From Candidatus Omnitrophota bacterium (GTDB lineage Bacteria > Omnitrophota > Gorgyraeia > 2-02-FULL-51-18), in contig CAMDWQ010000011.1 of assembly GCA_945877765.1 (NCBI GenBank), forward strand, positions 2,641 through 66,640: 64,000 bases of DNA, read 5' to 3'. Both the position numbers and the translations under genes were made by a program. Below the pieces are notes generated by a model. The model was given only the letters and a program-made list of their open reading frames with translations. It ran no database searches and was not told the origin of the DNA. Shown here in pieces: positions 1 through 8,343 of the stretch. Every line of letters begins with the position of its first letter. Within the stretch, counting starts at the first letter, position 1.

Positions 1-231
1 AAGAATTGAAAAAAAGAAAATATTCACCGCACCAAACGCGCGAAACGCCGTGTCTTGAGATCTCAGCGCCTGCGGAGTCATCAACACGGTACAGACCCAT
101 ATTCCAAGCACCCACGAAATACTGACATCTTTAGAGCTCTTACGTTTCATCATATGAAGAATCATCGGAATATTAAAAAACGGCATCACAATGCAGGCCG
201 CCGTTCCGATTTTCTGTATCCACTCATCCAT
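1..231 (-). CDS. SemiSWEET/PQ-loop-like small membrane protein (3' end outside window)
   Basis: Manual translation MDEWIQKIGTAACIVMPFFNIPMILHMMKRKSSKDVSISWVLGIW...; KSSKDVS loop typical of the PQ-loop family; ATG overlaps the pheT stop (TAATG). Confidence 0.6.
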   Translation of the reverse strand, partial: MDEWIQKIGTAACIVMPFFNIPMILHMMKRKSSKDVSISWVLGIWVCTVLMTPQALRSQDTAFRAFGAVNIFFFSIL

Positions 232-2315
232 TATCTAAACTCGACCGCATAGCGAGATTTAAGATCACGCCCCACGTTTTCCTGAAGCGACTGAATTTCA
301 CTGTCAGTAAAAGTCCCTGTTTCTTTCTGATAAGCCAATGAAAATGCTAAGCTTCGCTTGCCTGGGGCAATATTCCTTCCTATATATTGGTCAAAAAGGA
401 CCACTTCCCTCAAATTTGGCTGAGCGCTCGATTTCATAAGCTCTTGGAGCTCGACCACCGAGATTGTCTCATCCGCAATAAAAGCAAGATCCCGGCGCAC
501 CACAGGAAATTTAGAAACCGGCTTCACCTTACCCGCTAAAAGAGGCCTCGCAAGAATCTCATCTAAAATGATTTCGGCGTAATACCCCTGGTGAGGAATA
601 TCAAAATTTTTCAACACTGCCGCCGACACGCACCCGACCCTTGCCAATAGAAGACCCTCTTGCGAAATATTTACTGTCTGATCCAATCCCATACTTTGAT
701 CGGCATCTTTCCAGCTAGCGTTTTGAGCCCCGATAAACTGCAGTACGTTGGCCACAATTCCTTTTAAATCATAAAATGACGCGTCCGACTTCCGTTGCCA
801 ATTATTTTCAAAAGAGCCGTAAATCAAAAGACCCAGCACCGTCACTTCACGGTTGTCCTGATAACAATTACCGACTTCAAATAGCTTAAGCCCTGCCGCT
901 TTGCGGTGAATATTAAAGACAGCTGCCTCCAACATTCCCGGCAAAAGCAAAGGCCTAAAAAACTCTTGTGCCGCGCTTGTGGTATTGACGACGCGATGCG
1001 CCTTTTCAAGATCAAAACCCGCATCCTTAAGAACCTTCGCCGACATTAAACTATACGTGATAATTTCCGAGAATCCAAGGGCTTCCATGAATTTTTTTAT
1101 TCCAGGGGTCCGTACTGCCTTTAGGCTCTCTGGGCTCGCTATGCCATACCGAGTCGACGGGATCAGCGTAGGGATCTTCTCAAAACCTTCAATGCGGAGA
1201 ATCTCCTCCACCAAATCTTCCTCTTGGCTGATATCGCGTCGATACGAACTCGGTTGGACCAAAATTTTATCTTTCCCAGAAACTTTAGCTGCTATAGAAA
1301 GCGCCTTCAAAATAGCCACTATCCTCTTCTGAGAGACCTTCATCCCCAAAATCTTCTCAACACGGCCGACACGTAAGACAATATCCGCTAGTTTCTTGGT
1401 ACCCAGACTACCCTTTTCAACAAGACCCGAAACCTCCTGCCCCCCCGCCCATTCCAGAATGAGTTCGGAAGCACGTCTTGAAGCGCTAGCCACACCCGCA
1501 GGATCCACCCCACGCTCAAAACGATAGCTCGAATCCGTTGAGATTTTACATTTGCGGGCTGCCTGCCGCACGAGCGCCGGGTCAAAATAAGCGGCTTCTA
1601 AAAGAACGTTCTTGGTTGCGTGTGTCACTTCAGTAAGTTTGCCGCCAATCACACCGGCAATGGCAATCGCCCGCTCGACATCCGCCACAACAAGTGTCTT
1701 TTCATCTAACGTATATTCAATGCCGTCAATTCCCAGAAATTTTTCACCCTTACGGGCATACCGCACAATAATCTTAGCGCCCTTAATCTTGTCAAAATCA
1801 AACGCATGCAACGGCTGTCCCGATTCAAACAACACAAAATTGGTCGCATCCACCACGTTGGAAATAGCCCGTGTGCCCGTCAACTCAAGAAGCTCTTTGG
1901 CTTCTAGTGGCGACGATTTCACCGTCACATTCTGTATCAACCGGCCGGTGTAAAGCGGACAGGCTTTTTTGTCTTCGATGGTAATACCAAATGTCATTCC
2001 CGAATGTTTTAACCGGGAATCATGTCTGGTTTGGTCCCTCGACTTGGCTCGGGATGGCTTTGCCTTTTCTTTATTTTTATAAGCAGATGGCAAAGTCACT
2101 TTCTTTCCCGTCAGTGCCGACATCTCATGTGCCAACCCCAAAATCGAAAGACAATCCGGCCGATTCGTCGTCACCTCAAGCTCGATGACAACCTCGTCCC
2201 CTTTTTTCTCAACCGCCTCGACTTTGGTACCTGACATCGTAAGCATCTCTTCCAGCTTTTCTGCGGAGAGATTGCACTCGATGTATTTTTTTAACCAGCG
2301 AATGGGAAGTTTCAT
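231..2315 (-). CDS. pheT: Phenylalanine--tRNA ligase beta subunit (short form lacking the B2 OB-fold)
   Basis: TTNRPDCLS, QPLHAFD, SSYRFERG, RRDLAF and FDX-ACB C-terminus. Confidence 0.97.
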   Translation of the reverse strand: MKLPIRWLKKYIECNLSAEKLEEMLTMSGTKVEAVEKKGDEVVIELEVTTNRPDCLSILGLAHEMSALTGKKVTLPSAYKNKEKAKPSRAKSRDQTRHDSRLKHSGMTFGITIEDKKACPLYTGRLIQNVTVKSSPLEAKELLELTGTRAISNVVDATNFVLFESGQPLHAFDFDKIKGAKIIVRYARKGEKFLGIDGIEYTLDEKTLVVADVERAIAIAGVIGGKLTEVTHATKNVLLEAAYFDPALVRQAARKCKISTDSSYRFERGVDPAGVASASRRASELILEWAGGQEVSGLVEKGSLGTKKLADIVLRVGRVEKILGMKVSQKRIVAILKALSIAAKVSGKDKILVQPSSYRRDISQEEDLVEEILRIEGFEKIPTLIPSTRYGIASPESLKAVRTPGIKKFMEALGFSEIITYSLMSAKVLKDAGFDLEKAHRVVNTTSAAQEFFRPLLLPGMLEAAVFNIHRKAAGLKLFEVGNCYQDNREVTVLGLLIYGSFENNWQRKSDASFYDLKGIVANVLQFIGAQNASWKDADQSMGLDQTVNISQEGLLLARVGCVSAAVLKNFDIPHQGYYAEIILDEILARPLLAGKVKPVSKFPVVRRDLAFIADETISVVELQELMKSSAQPNLREVVLFDQYIGRNIAPGKRSLAFSLAYQKETGTFTDSEIQSLQENVGRDLKSRYAVEFR
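1992..2058. repeat. TGTCATTCCCG-family palindromic repeat, inserted in frame inside pheT
   Basis: Left half near-identical to the intergenic copy at 4169; encodes PSRAKSRDQTRHDSRLKHSGMT. Confidence 0.85.
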
Positions 2316-3157
2316 TTTTTCTTTATCTTTTTTGCTTCAACCACCATTTTTTTATCATCAGCTTTAACTTTACGCTCCAACTTTTTGATATCTTCTTCCG
2401 CGTGTAAATTTTCAGGCTTAATCCCACTCTTTGCCAATAAGTCCCGAACATCTTTGTTATTTTTTACATGCTCTCCTGAAATGGGGCTCTCGCCTTTCAG
2501 ATCTTTCTTTCTAACGTTAAAGTTAGTTATTTCAGTCGCCAAATCTTTCGCTTTGATGGTGATTGTAGGTAAGAAATCGGCCAACGGACGATTTTCGGGA
2601 ATCCTCATCTTGCTCTTCATTTGTAAAGTCGTATATCCGCCAAATAAGGCCTGATCCCCTTTGCTTCTCATTCTTCCAAAACCCGGGCCATCGACCCCAC
2701 GCTCGTAAACAAGCCCTGAAAGTTCGTTTTCAGTGGTGACTAGCTTTTGTCGCGCGTGAAGTCTTTCGACGAGCTTGATTCGTTCTTGAAGAAGCTCTTG
2801 TTTACGCGTCTGAATAGCAAAATAACTTTGGGCAAAAGCTATAGCTTCTTTCTTCGGGTCGCCATTCTGCGCTATTAAATAACAAGCATAACGAGTCAAC
2901 GCTATATCATCTATTTCCCTCTCACTACCAGACCCCAATAAGACCATTTTGTTGACGTCAACAAAATGGTCTTCTATTCTCTGCCCTGCCTTCCCACAGG
3001 CTAATTTAGCCTTTTCAATGACTTGAACAAAATTTCTCCACTCAGTGTATTCGAGTAACTCTTGTATGTTACGCGCAAACCAAAACTCTATACCCTCTTT
3101 TTCAAAAGCAGCCTGCTCAAAATTTTTGTTTAATTTAATAACTAGCTCTTTTTCCAT
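2312..3157 (-). CDS. dinD: DNA-damage-inducible protein D (Bro-N-like N-terminus)
   Basis: FWFAR..LEYTEWRNF, LTRYACYLIAQNGDPKKEAIAFAQSYFAIQTRKQE, RSKGDQALFGG, ADFLPTITIKAK. Confidence 0.92.
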   Translation of the reverse strand: MEKELVIKLNKNFEQAAFEKEGIEFWFARNIQELLEYTEWRNFVQVIEKAKLACGKAGQRIEDHFVDVNKMVLLGSGSEREIDDIALTRYACYLIAQNGDPKKEAIAFAQSYFAIQTRKQELLQERIKLVERLHARQKLVTTENELSGLVYERGVDGPGFGRMRSKGDQALFGGYTTLQMKSKMRIPENRPLADFLPTITIKAKDLATEITNFNVRKKDLKGESPISGEHVKNNKDVRDLLAKSGIKPENLHAEEDIKKLERKVKADDKKMVVEAKKIKKK

Positions 3158-3161
3158 AAAA

Positions 3162-4142
3162 TCAAAACTGCCTCAAAAACCGCAAATCATTTTCAAAAAA
3201 GTGCCGGATATCCTCGACGCCGTATTTGAGCATGGCTAATCTCTCAACACCCATCCCAAAAGCAAACCCTGTATATTTTTCCGAATCAATCTTCACCGAT
3301 TTTAAAACTTGCGGATGCACCATGCCCGCCCCGAGCACTTCCAACCATGAATTTCTAGCCTCCGACCAAATATCAATCTCAGCGCTCGGCTCAGTAAAAG
3401 GGAAAAAATGAGGCCGAAAACGCAGCTTGGTCCCTTTGCCAAAAAACTCCTGCGCGAAAGCAAAGAGGACTCCCTTTAAATGGGCAAAACTTACTCCTTC
3501 ATCGACCATCAACCCTTCGATTTGGTGAAACATAAAAGAATGCGTCGCATCCGTCGCATCGGGACGATATACTTTTCCGGGAGCGATAATTTTAAGCGGC
3601 GGTTTTGTTTTTTCCATCACGCGCACTTGTACCGGCGATGTCTGACTGCGAAGAAGTCTGCCGCTATCAAGATAAAAAGTATCAAAACTGTCTCGCGCTG
3701 GGTGATTGAGCGGAATATTGAGCGCTTCAAAATTATAATACTCCGTCTCCGCCTCAGGCCCCTCGACTAAATCAAATCCCAGATGTCTAAAAATACCAAT
3801 GACTTCATCGATGACCTGCGTGAGCGGATGAAGCGTCCCTGGAGAATAAAACGTGCCTGGCATCGAAGCATCAATTTTTTTGTAGGCGTGGGCAGAGAAA
3901 GTGCCGAGTGTTTTTTGTTTGTCGGAAAAAAGAGACTCGATCGCGTTTTTGACTCGGTTGAGCTCCTGTCCTGCTTCCCGCTTTTTGTCAGAGGGGACCT
4001 GAGACATTTGCGCAGAAACAGCCGCCAAGAGCCCTTTTCGGCCAAGATATTTTATTTTGGCTTCCTCAAAATGCGCGGCTTCCGTCAAAAGCGTAATTTC
4101 TGCCCGAGCCTCAATTTCGATTTTTTTTAAGTCTTCAATCAT
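3162..4142 (-). CDS. pheS: Phenylalanine--tRNA ligase alpha subunit
   Basis: HPARD, FHQIEG, FRPHFFPFTEPS, GFAFGMGVERLAM; start taken at MIEDLKK. Confidence 0.98.
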   Translation of the reverse strand: MIEDLKKIEIEARAEITLLTEAAHFEEAKIKYLGRKGLLAAVSAQMSQVPSDKKREAGQELNRVKNAIESLFSDKQKTLGTFSAHAYKKIDASMPGTFYSPGTLHPLTQVIDEVIGIFRHLGFDLVEGPEAETEYYNFEALNIPLNHPARDSFDTFYLDSGRLLRSQTSPVQVRVMEKTKPPLKIIAPGKVYRPDATDATHSFMFHQIEGLMVDEGVSFAHLKGVLFAFAQEFFGKGTKLRFRPHFFPFTEPSAEIDIWSEARNSWLEVLGAGMVHPQVLKSVKIDSEKYTGFAFGMGVERLAMLKYGVEDIRHFFENDLRFLRQF

Positions 4143-4168
4143 AATATCCCGTAGATACATCCCAACAA

Positions 4169-4239
4169 TGTCATTCCCGAATTTTTTAATCGGGAATCAT
4201 GTCTGGTTTGATCCCCGATTAGAGACTTCGGGGATGACA
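4169..4239. repeat. TGTCATTCCCG-family double-hairpin palindromic repeat
   Basis: tgtcattcccga...tcgggaatca...gatccccga...tcggggatgaca. Confidence 0.9.
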
Positions 4240-4305
4240 GGCGTATAAATACGAAACACCAGGACAAGCACAGCTTGTCTGGTGTTTATATTTAACTAAG
4301 CAAAT

Positions 4306-4653
4306 TTATGCTTTCGCGATATTACAGATTTCGCTGAAAACCTTTTGTTCGCTGTTTGCCAAATCCGCCAGGATCTTGCGATCAATTTCAATCTTGGCTT
4401 TTTTTAGTCCACCGATCAGACGGCTGTAAGTCAGGCCGTTTTCAACAGCGCCCGCGGAAATACGGGTAATCCAGAGTTTGCGAATAACCGACTTCGAATC
4501 GCGGCGATCGCGTGTGGCAAATGCCATCGCGCGCTGAACCGTTTCACGAGCGGTACGGTAAAGCTTACGGCGTCCGCCGACAAATCCTTTAGCGCGTTTT
4601 AAAAATTTTTTCCTGCGTGCGCGACCCGCGGGAACTGTTTTAGCTTTAGGCAT
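4306..4653 (-). CDS. rplT: 50S ribosomal protein L20
   Basis: ARRKKFLKRAKGF, RKLWITRI, IDRKILADLA. Confidence 0.98.
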   Translation of the reverse strand: MPKAKTVPAGRARRKKFLKRAKGFVGGRRKLYRTARETVQRAMAFATRDRRDSKSVIRKLWITRISAGAVENGLTYSRLIGGLKKAKIEIDRKILADLANSEQKVFSEICNIAKA

Positions 4654-4843
4654 ACGGCAACAATCTCCTTATTTGCTTTTCAAATGTCTTCGCGACAAAA
4701 TCGCCTTTTCTGAGCTGGCGCTTGCGCTTTGACGACTTGTGGTTTAATAGATGCCTTTTACCGGCACGCATCTTTTTGAATTTGCCGCTCTTCGTTTTCC
4801 GCAAACGTTTAGCGGTAGATCGGTTTGTTTTTAACTTTGGCAT
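4646..4843 (-). CDS. rpmI: 50S ribosomal protein L35
   Basis: MPKLKT..AKR, GKRHLL..KSSKRKR, LLPY. Confidence 0.97.
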   Translation of the reverse strand: MPKLKTNRSTAKRLRKTKSGKFKKMRAGKRHLLNHKSSKRKRQLRKGDFVAKTFEKQIRRLLPYA

Positions 4844-4856
4844 TTTTCCCTTTCGT

Positions 4857-4927
4857 TGTCATTCCCGCGAAAGCGGGAATCAAACCATTATTTGTTATGA
4901 TCCCCGATTAAAAATTTCGGGGATGAC
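4857..4927. repeat. TGTCATTCCCG-family palindromic repeat
   Basis: tgtcattcccgcgaaagcgggaatc...gatccccga...tcggggatgac. Confidence 0.9.
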
Positions 4928-4935
4928 GCGTCGCG

Positions 4936-5445
4936 TCATTTAGGCATGATGATCATCGTGATCATCTTACCCTCGAGCACTGGCATTCTTTCGATTTCAC
5001 CCAGAGGGGCGATATCCTGTGCCAGACGCTCCAATACTTTTCTGCCTTTGTCCACGTAGTTCATCTCGCGTCCGCGAAACACCATCGTGATTTTGGCCTT
5101 GTCCCCTTCTTTAAGAAAACGCTCGATGCTATGAAGCTTCACCTGATAGTCGTTTTCCTCGATGAAAGGATGATACTTCACCTCTTTTAGGTGAATCACT
5201 TTCTGCTTCTTCCGGGCTTCCTTTTCCTTCTTCTCTTGGTCGTACTTAAACTTGCTGAAGTCCATGATGCGGCAGACGGGCGGTACGGCCGCTCCGGCGA
5301 CTTCGACCAAATCAAGCTCAGCTTCTCGTGCCATTTGAAGTGCAGCCTGCACGGTGACTACACCGGCCTGATTTCCATTATGATCGATCAACCGGACTTG
5401 AGGGACCCGGATCCCCTCATTGATACGCGTTTTATCCTTTGAAAT
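4936..5445 (-). CDS. infC: Translation initiation factor IF-3 (ATT start codon)
   Basis: AGGAGGT-N5-ATT in frame, giving (I)SKDKTRINEGIRVPQVRLID; DLVEVA..PPVCRIMD; ATT start is the known autoregulatory feature of infC. Confidence 0.95.
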   Translation of the reverse strand: MSKDKTRINEGIRVPQVRLIDHNGNQAGVVTVQAALQMAREAELDLVEVAGAAVPPVCRIMDFSKFKYDQEKKEKEARKKQKVIHLKEVKYHPFIEENDYQVKLHSIERFLKEGDKAKITMVFRGREMNYVDKGRKVLERLAQDIAPLGEIERMPVLEGKMITMIIMPK

Positions 5446-5476
5446 GAAAAACCTCCTGTGTTTATTCGTTACGTTC

Positions 5477-5538
5477 TGTCATCCTCGCGAAAGCGGGGAT
5501 CTGTTTTAGTACGGATTCCCGCTTTCACGGGAATGACA
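5477..5538. repeat. TGTCATTCCCG-family palindromic repeat
   Basis: tgtcatcctcgcgaaagcggggatc...gattcccgctttcacgggaatgaca. Confidence 0.9.
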
Positions 5539-5544
5539 TTTTTT

Positions 5545-7290
5545 TTAAATTTTTGCCTGCAGTTCGCTGTTTGTTCTTTTTAAAAAATCCTCAAGTGCCA
5601 TCGGGCCCAAATCACCCAGTACCCTGGACCGCACCGCTATTTTTTCAGCCTGAATTTCTTTGTCACCCAAAACAATCATGTAGGGTATTTTTTCCGTCTG
5701 TGCAGTGCGAATTCTAGACCCCAGCGTATCGGAGGGGGATAAAATTTCACAACGTAACCCAGCCGTCTTGAGCTCCCCTAAAATTTTTTCCGCAAATGCC
5801 TGATGCGTGTCTTTCACCGGAATCAAACTGACCTGCACCGGACTCAGCCACAAAGGCAGCGCTCCCGCATAATGCTCTAATAGCGTCCCCATGAAGCGCT
5901 CGACACTTCCCAAGATCGCTCGGTGCAACATCACCGGCCGATGCTTGTTCCCATCCGACCCTGTATATTCTAAATCAAAACGCTCCGGAAGTGCAAAATC
6001 ACATTGAATCGTACTGCACTGCCACGAACGCCCCAAAGCGTCCTTAATCTTGATATCAATCTTGGGCCCGTAAAAAGCACCCTCGCCTTCACAGATTTTA
6101 TAAACGACATTCTTCGAATCCAAAGCACCTTTAAGGGCCCCCGTCGCCCGGTCCCAGTCCAAATCCGTCCCAATCGACCCCTCGGGCCGTGTACTGATTT
6201 CAATTTCTCTCTCTTTAAACCCAAAAGTATCCAGCGTATAGAATACAAAATCTACCACGCGCTCAATTTCTTCCTGAAGCGCATCCGGCATGCAAAAAAT
6301 ATGCGCGTCATCCTGGGTAAAATTCCGCACGCGCAAAAGCCCATGCAATACTCCCGATTTTTCATTGCGGCAGACATTTCCCAATTCAAAAAATCGTAGC
6401 GGCAGATCACGATAACTGCGAATCTTGGTCTTAAAAATCAGCATGTGCCCCGGGCAATTCATGGGCTTGATCGCGTACTCTTTTTCGTCCTCGGTCTTAA
6501 AAATAAACATGTTTTCTTTATAATGCGAATAATGCCCCGACTTGATCCACACATCGCTCTTCAAAATCTGCGGCCCGATGACAAATTGGTAATCGCGCTT
6601 CAAATGCTCTTCTTTGACAAATTGCTCGATCAAGTGCCGCAGGAAAGCCCCTTTGGGATGATAAAAAATAAGCCCCGGCCCGCCGTCTTCCTGAATCGAA
6701 AAAAAGTCTAATTCTTTCCCAATTTTCCGGTGATCGCGTTTCTTGGCTTCTTCGCGGACACGGATAAACTCATCGAGTTCATTTTTTGAAAAATAGGCGG
6801 TGCCGTAGATCCTTTGCATCATCTGATTTTTCGCATCGCCCTTCCAATAGGCTCCTGCGATGCTTGTGAGCTTGAAAGCTTTGATCAACCCAGTCGAGTC
6901 CGCGTGCGGATATTTGCAAAGATCGCAGAATTCGCCGTCAGTGACGATCGAAAGCTCCTGCCCTTTGGCAGACAGCTCGTCGATGACTTCGCATTTTAAT
7001 GTTTCATTTTTAGCGCTAAAGATCGATTTGGCTTCTGCGGGTGAAACCATTTTTTTCTCGAAAGGGAAATTGGATCTGATAATTTTATCCATTTCCTTTT
7101 CGATACCCTTCAACGCCTCTTCACTCAGTGGCTCGGGCAACACAATGTCATAATAAAATCCCTCTTCCACCGGCGGCCCAAATCCAAGCTTGGCATTGGG
7201 ATAGATCCGTTTCACCGCCTGCGCAAGTACATGCGAACAGCTGTGGCGTAATTTATCGAGGTCGGTGTATTGTTTGACGATTTTTGTCAT
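5545..7290 (-). CDS. thrS: Threonine--tRNA ligase (no N-terminal TGS domain)
   Basis: RHSCSHVLAQA, RDHRKIG, KPMNCPGH, LLRVRNFTQDDAH, HRAILGSVERF. Confidence 0.98.
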   Translation of the reverse strand: MTKIVKQYTDLDKLRHSCSHVLAQAVKRIYPNAKLGFGPPVEEGFYYDIVLPEPLSEEALKGIEKEMDKIIRSNFPFEKKMVSPAEAKSIFSAKNETLKCEVIDELSAKGQELSIVTDGEFCDLCKYPHADSTGLIKAFKLTSIAGAYWKGDAKNQMMQRIYGTAYFSKNELDEFIRVREEAKKRDHRKIGKELDFFSIQEDGGPGLIFYHPKGAFLRHLIEQFVKEEHLKRDYQFVIGPQILKSDVWIKSGHYSHYKENMFIFKTEDEKEYAIKPMNCPGHMLIFKTKIRSYRDLPLRFFELGNVCRNEKSGVLHGLLRVRNFTQDDAHIFCMPDALQEEIERVVDFVFYTLDTFGFKEREIEISTRPEGSIGTDLDWDRATGALKGALDSKNVVYKICEGEGAFYGPKIDIKIKDALGRSWQCSTIQCDFALPERFDLEYTGSDGNKHRPVMLHRAILGSVERFMGTLLEHYAGALPLWLSPVQVSLIPVKDTHQAFAEKILGELKTAGLRCEILSPSDTLGSRIRTAQTEKIPYMIVLGDKEIQAEKIAVRSRVLGDLGPMALEDFLKRTNSELQAKI

Positions 7291-7658
7291 TTAGAAATAT
7301 ACCGCACCCCTCCGATATTTTTAAAATCTTGGTCTTGCGTCCACAAAACAGCCTCATACAAGCGTGCTGTCGCAAGAATAATACTGTCCGCCAACGGCAA
7401 TTTCAATTCATATCCTAACCGGGCGGCGCTCATCGCTAAATTGGTATCCAAATCAACCACTTGCCCCTGCCGCATGTGAGCGACGGCCTTCAGAGCTGAT
7501 TGCTCATCGCTGGTTTGACGCACTTTTTTAAAAACTTCCGTGATGGTAATTGAAGGCACCAAAAGCTCCGCAACGTTTTCAATCGGCTTCGCAAATACCT
7601 TGGCATTTCTACTTTCGGCAAAAAATTCGAGCCAACCAGAAGAGTCCACTACATTCAT
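7287..7658 (-). CDS. vapC: VapC-family PIN-domain toxin
   Basis: VVDSSGWLE, ITEV, LADSIILATA, LWTQDQDF acidic PIN motifs. Confidence 0.9.
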   Translation of the reverse strand: MNVVDSSGWLEFFAESRNAKVFAKPIENVAELLVPSITITEVFKKVRQTSDEQSALKAVAHMRQGQVVDLDTNLAMSAARLGYELKLPLADSIILATARLYEAVLWTQDQDFKNIGGVRYISK

Positions 7659-7861
7659 AGACGGTCTTTTTCTCTTTCGATAGCCGTATCAATCCCCTTC
7701 AAAAATCCACGAAGACTTTTCATGGGTTGAATAGGAATCAATTCAATCCGGTTGTCGTATTCCAGTATTTCCACTTTTTGCCCGGCCTTCAAATGCAAAT
7801 GATTTCGAATTTCTTTGGGTATCACCACTTGAAACTTAGGCGAAATCGTCATGGCGCTCAT
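7655..7861 (-). CDS. AbrB/MazE-fold antitoxin
   Basis: ISPKFQVVIPKEIR..L.LKAGQKV; overlaps the vapC start. Confidence 0.9.
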   Translation of the reverse strand: MSAMTISPKFQVVIPKEIRNHLHLKAGQKVEILEYDNRIELIPIQPMKSLRGFLKGIDTAIEREKDRL

Positions 7862-7924
7862 AAACCCTCCTTTTTCTTTATCGATGGCACTACCGTAATA
7901 CTATATACCAATCGATTGAAAATT

Positions 7925-8074
7925 TCAATAGCGGGTCTTAGCATTACTTTTAGAAAAAGACTCAAGACCGACTTTCATCAATGCTTCTGATTCACGTGTA
8001 TTTTCGGGATGTTTCTTATAGGCCGTTATATACTGTTTTTCTAGATCAGTGCATTGTTTGGCGATTTTAGACAT
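7925..8074 (-). pseudogene. 49-aa chimeric ORF: duplicated ThrS N-terminus fused to an antitoxin-like remnant
   Basis: MSKIAKQCTDLEK vs ThrS MTKIVKQYTDLDK (31/39 nt identical), then QYITAYKKHPEN... Confidence 0.55.
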
Positions 8075-8159
8075 AATTTATTTAATGCTTAATCCTATTA
8101 TTAATTTCTACTACCCACTGCTTTTTTTCGAGTCTTGTATTGCCTACTCCTAGATACCC

Positions 8160-8249
8160 GTGACGGGTGGCGCGGAGGGTGGGCGCCCATTGACCCGCAG
8201 GGCGAAGCCTGAGGACGCAATGGGCTCCCGCAGCGACAGGCCCCGTCAC
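8160..8249. repeat. GC-rich nested-stem element 3' of tRNA-Val (copy 1)
   Basis: Near-identical to 10279-10366; outer stem gtgacggg/cccgtcac, inner gcccattg/caatgggc. Confidence 0.8.
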
Positions 8250-8262
8250 CACACTAAATACT

Positions 8263-8336
8263 TGGGCAATACAGGACTCGAACCTGTGACCTTTTCCATG
8301 TCAAGGAAACGCTCTAACCAACTGAGCTAATTGCCC
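8263..8336 (-). tRNA. tRNA-Val(GAC)
   Basis: gggcaattagctcagttggttagagcg-tttcc-ttGACat-ggaaa-aggtcacaggttcgagtcctgtattgccca cloverleaf. Confidence 0.96.
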
Positions 8337-8343
8337 TAAAATC

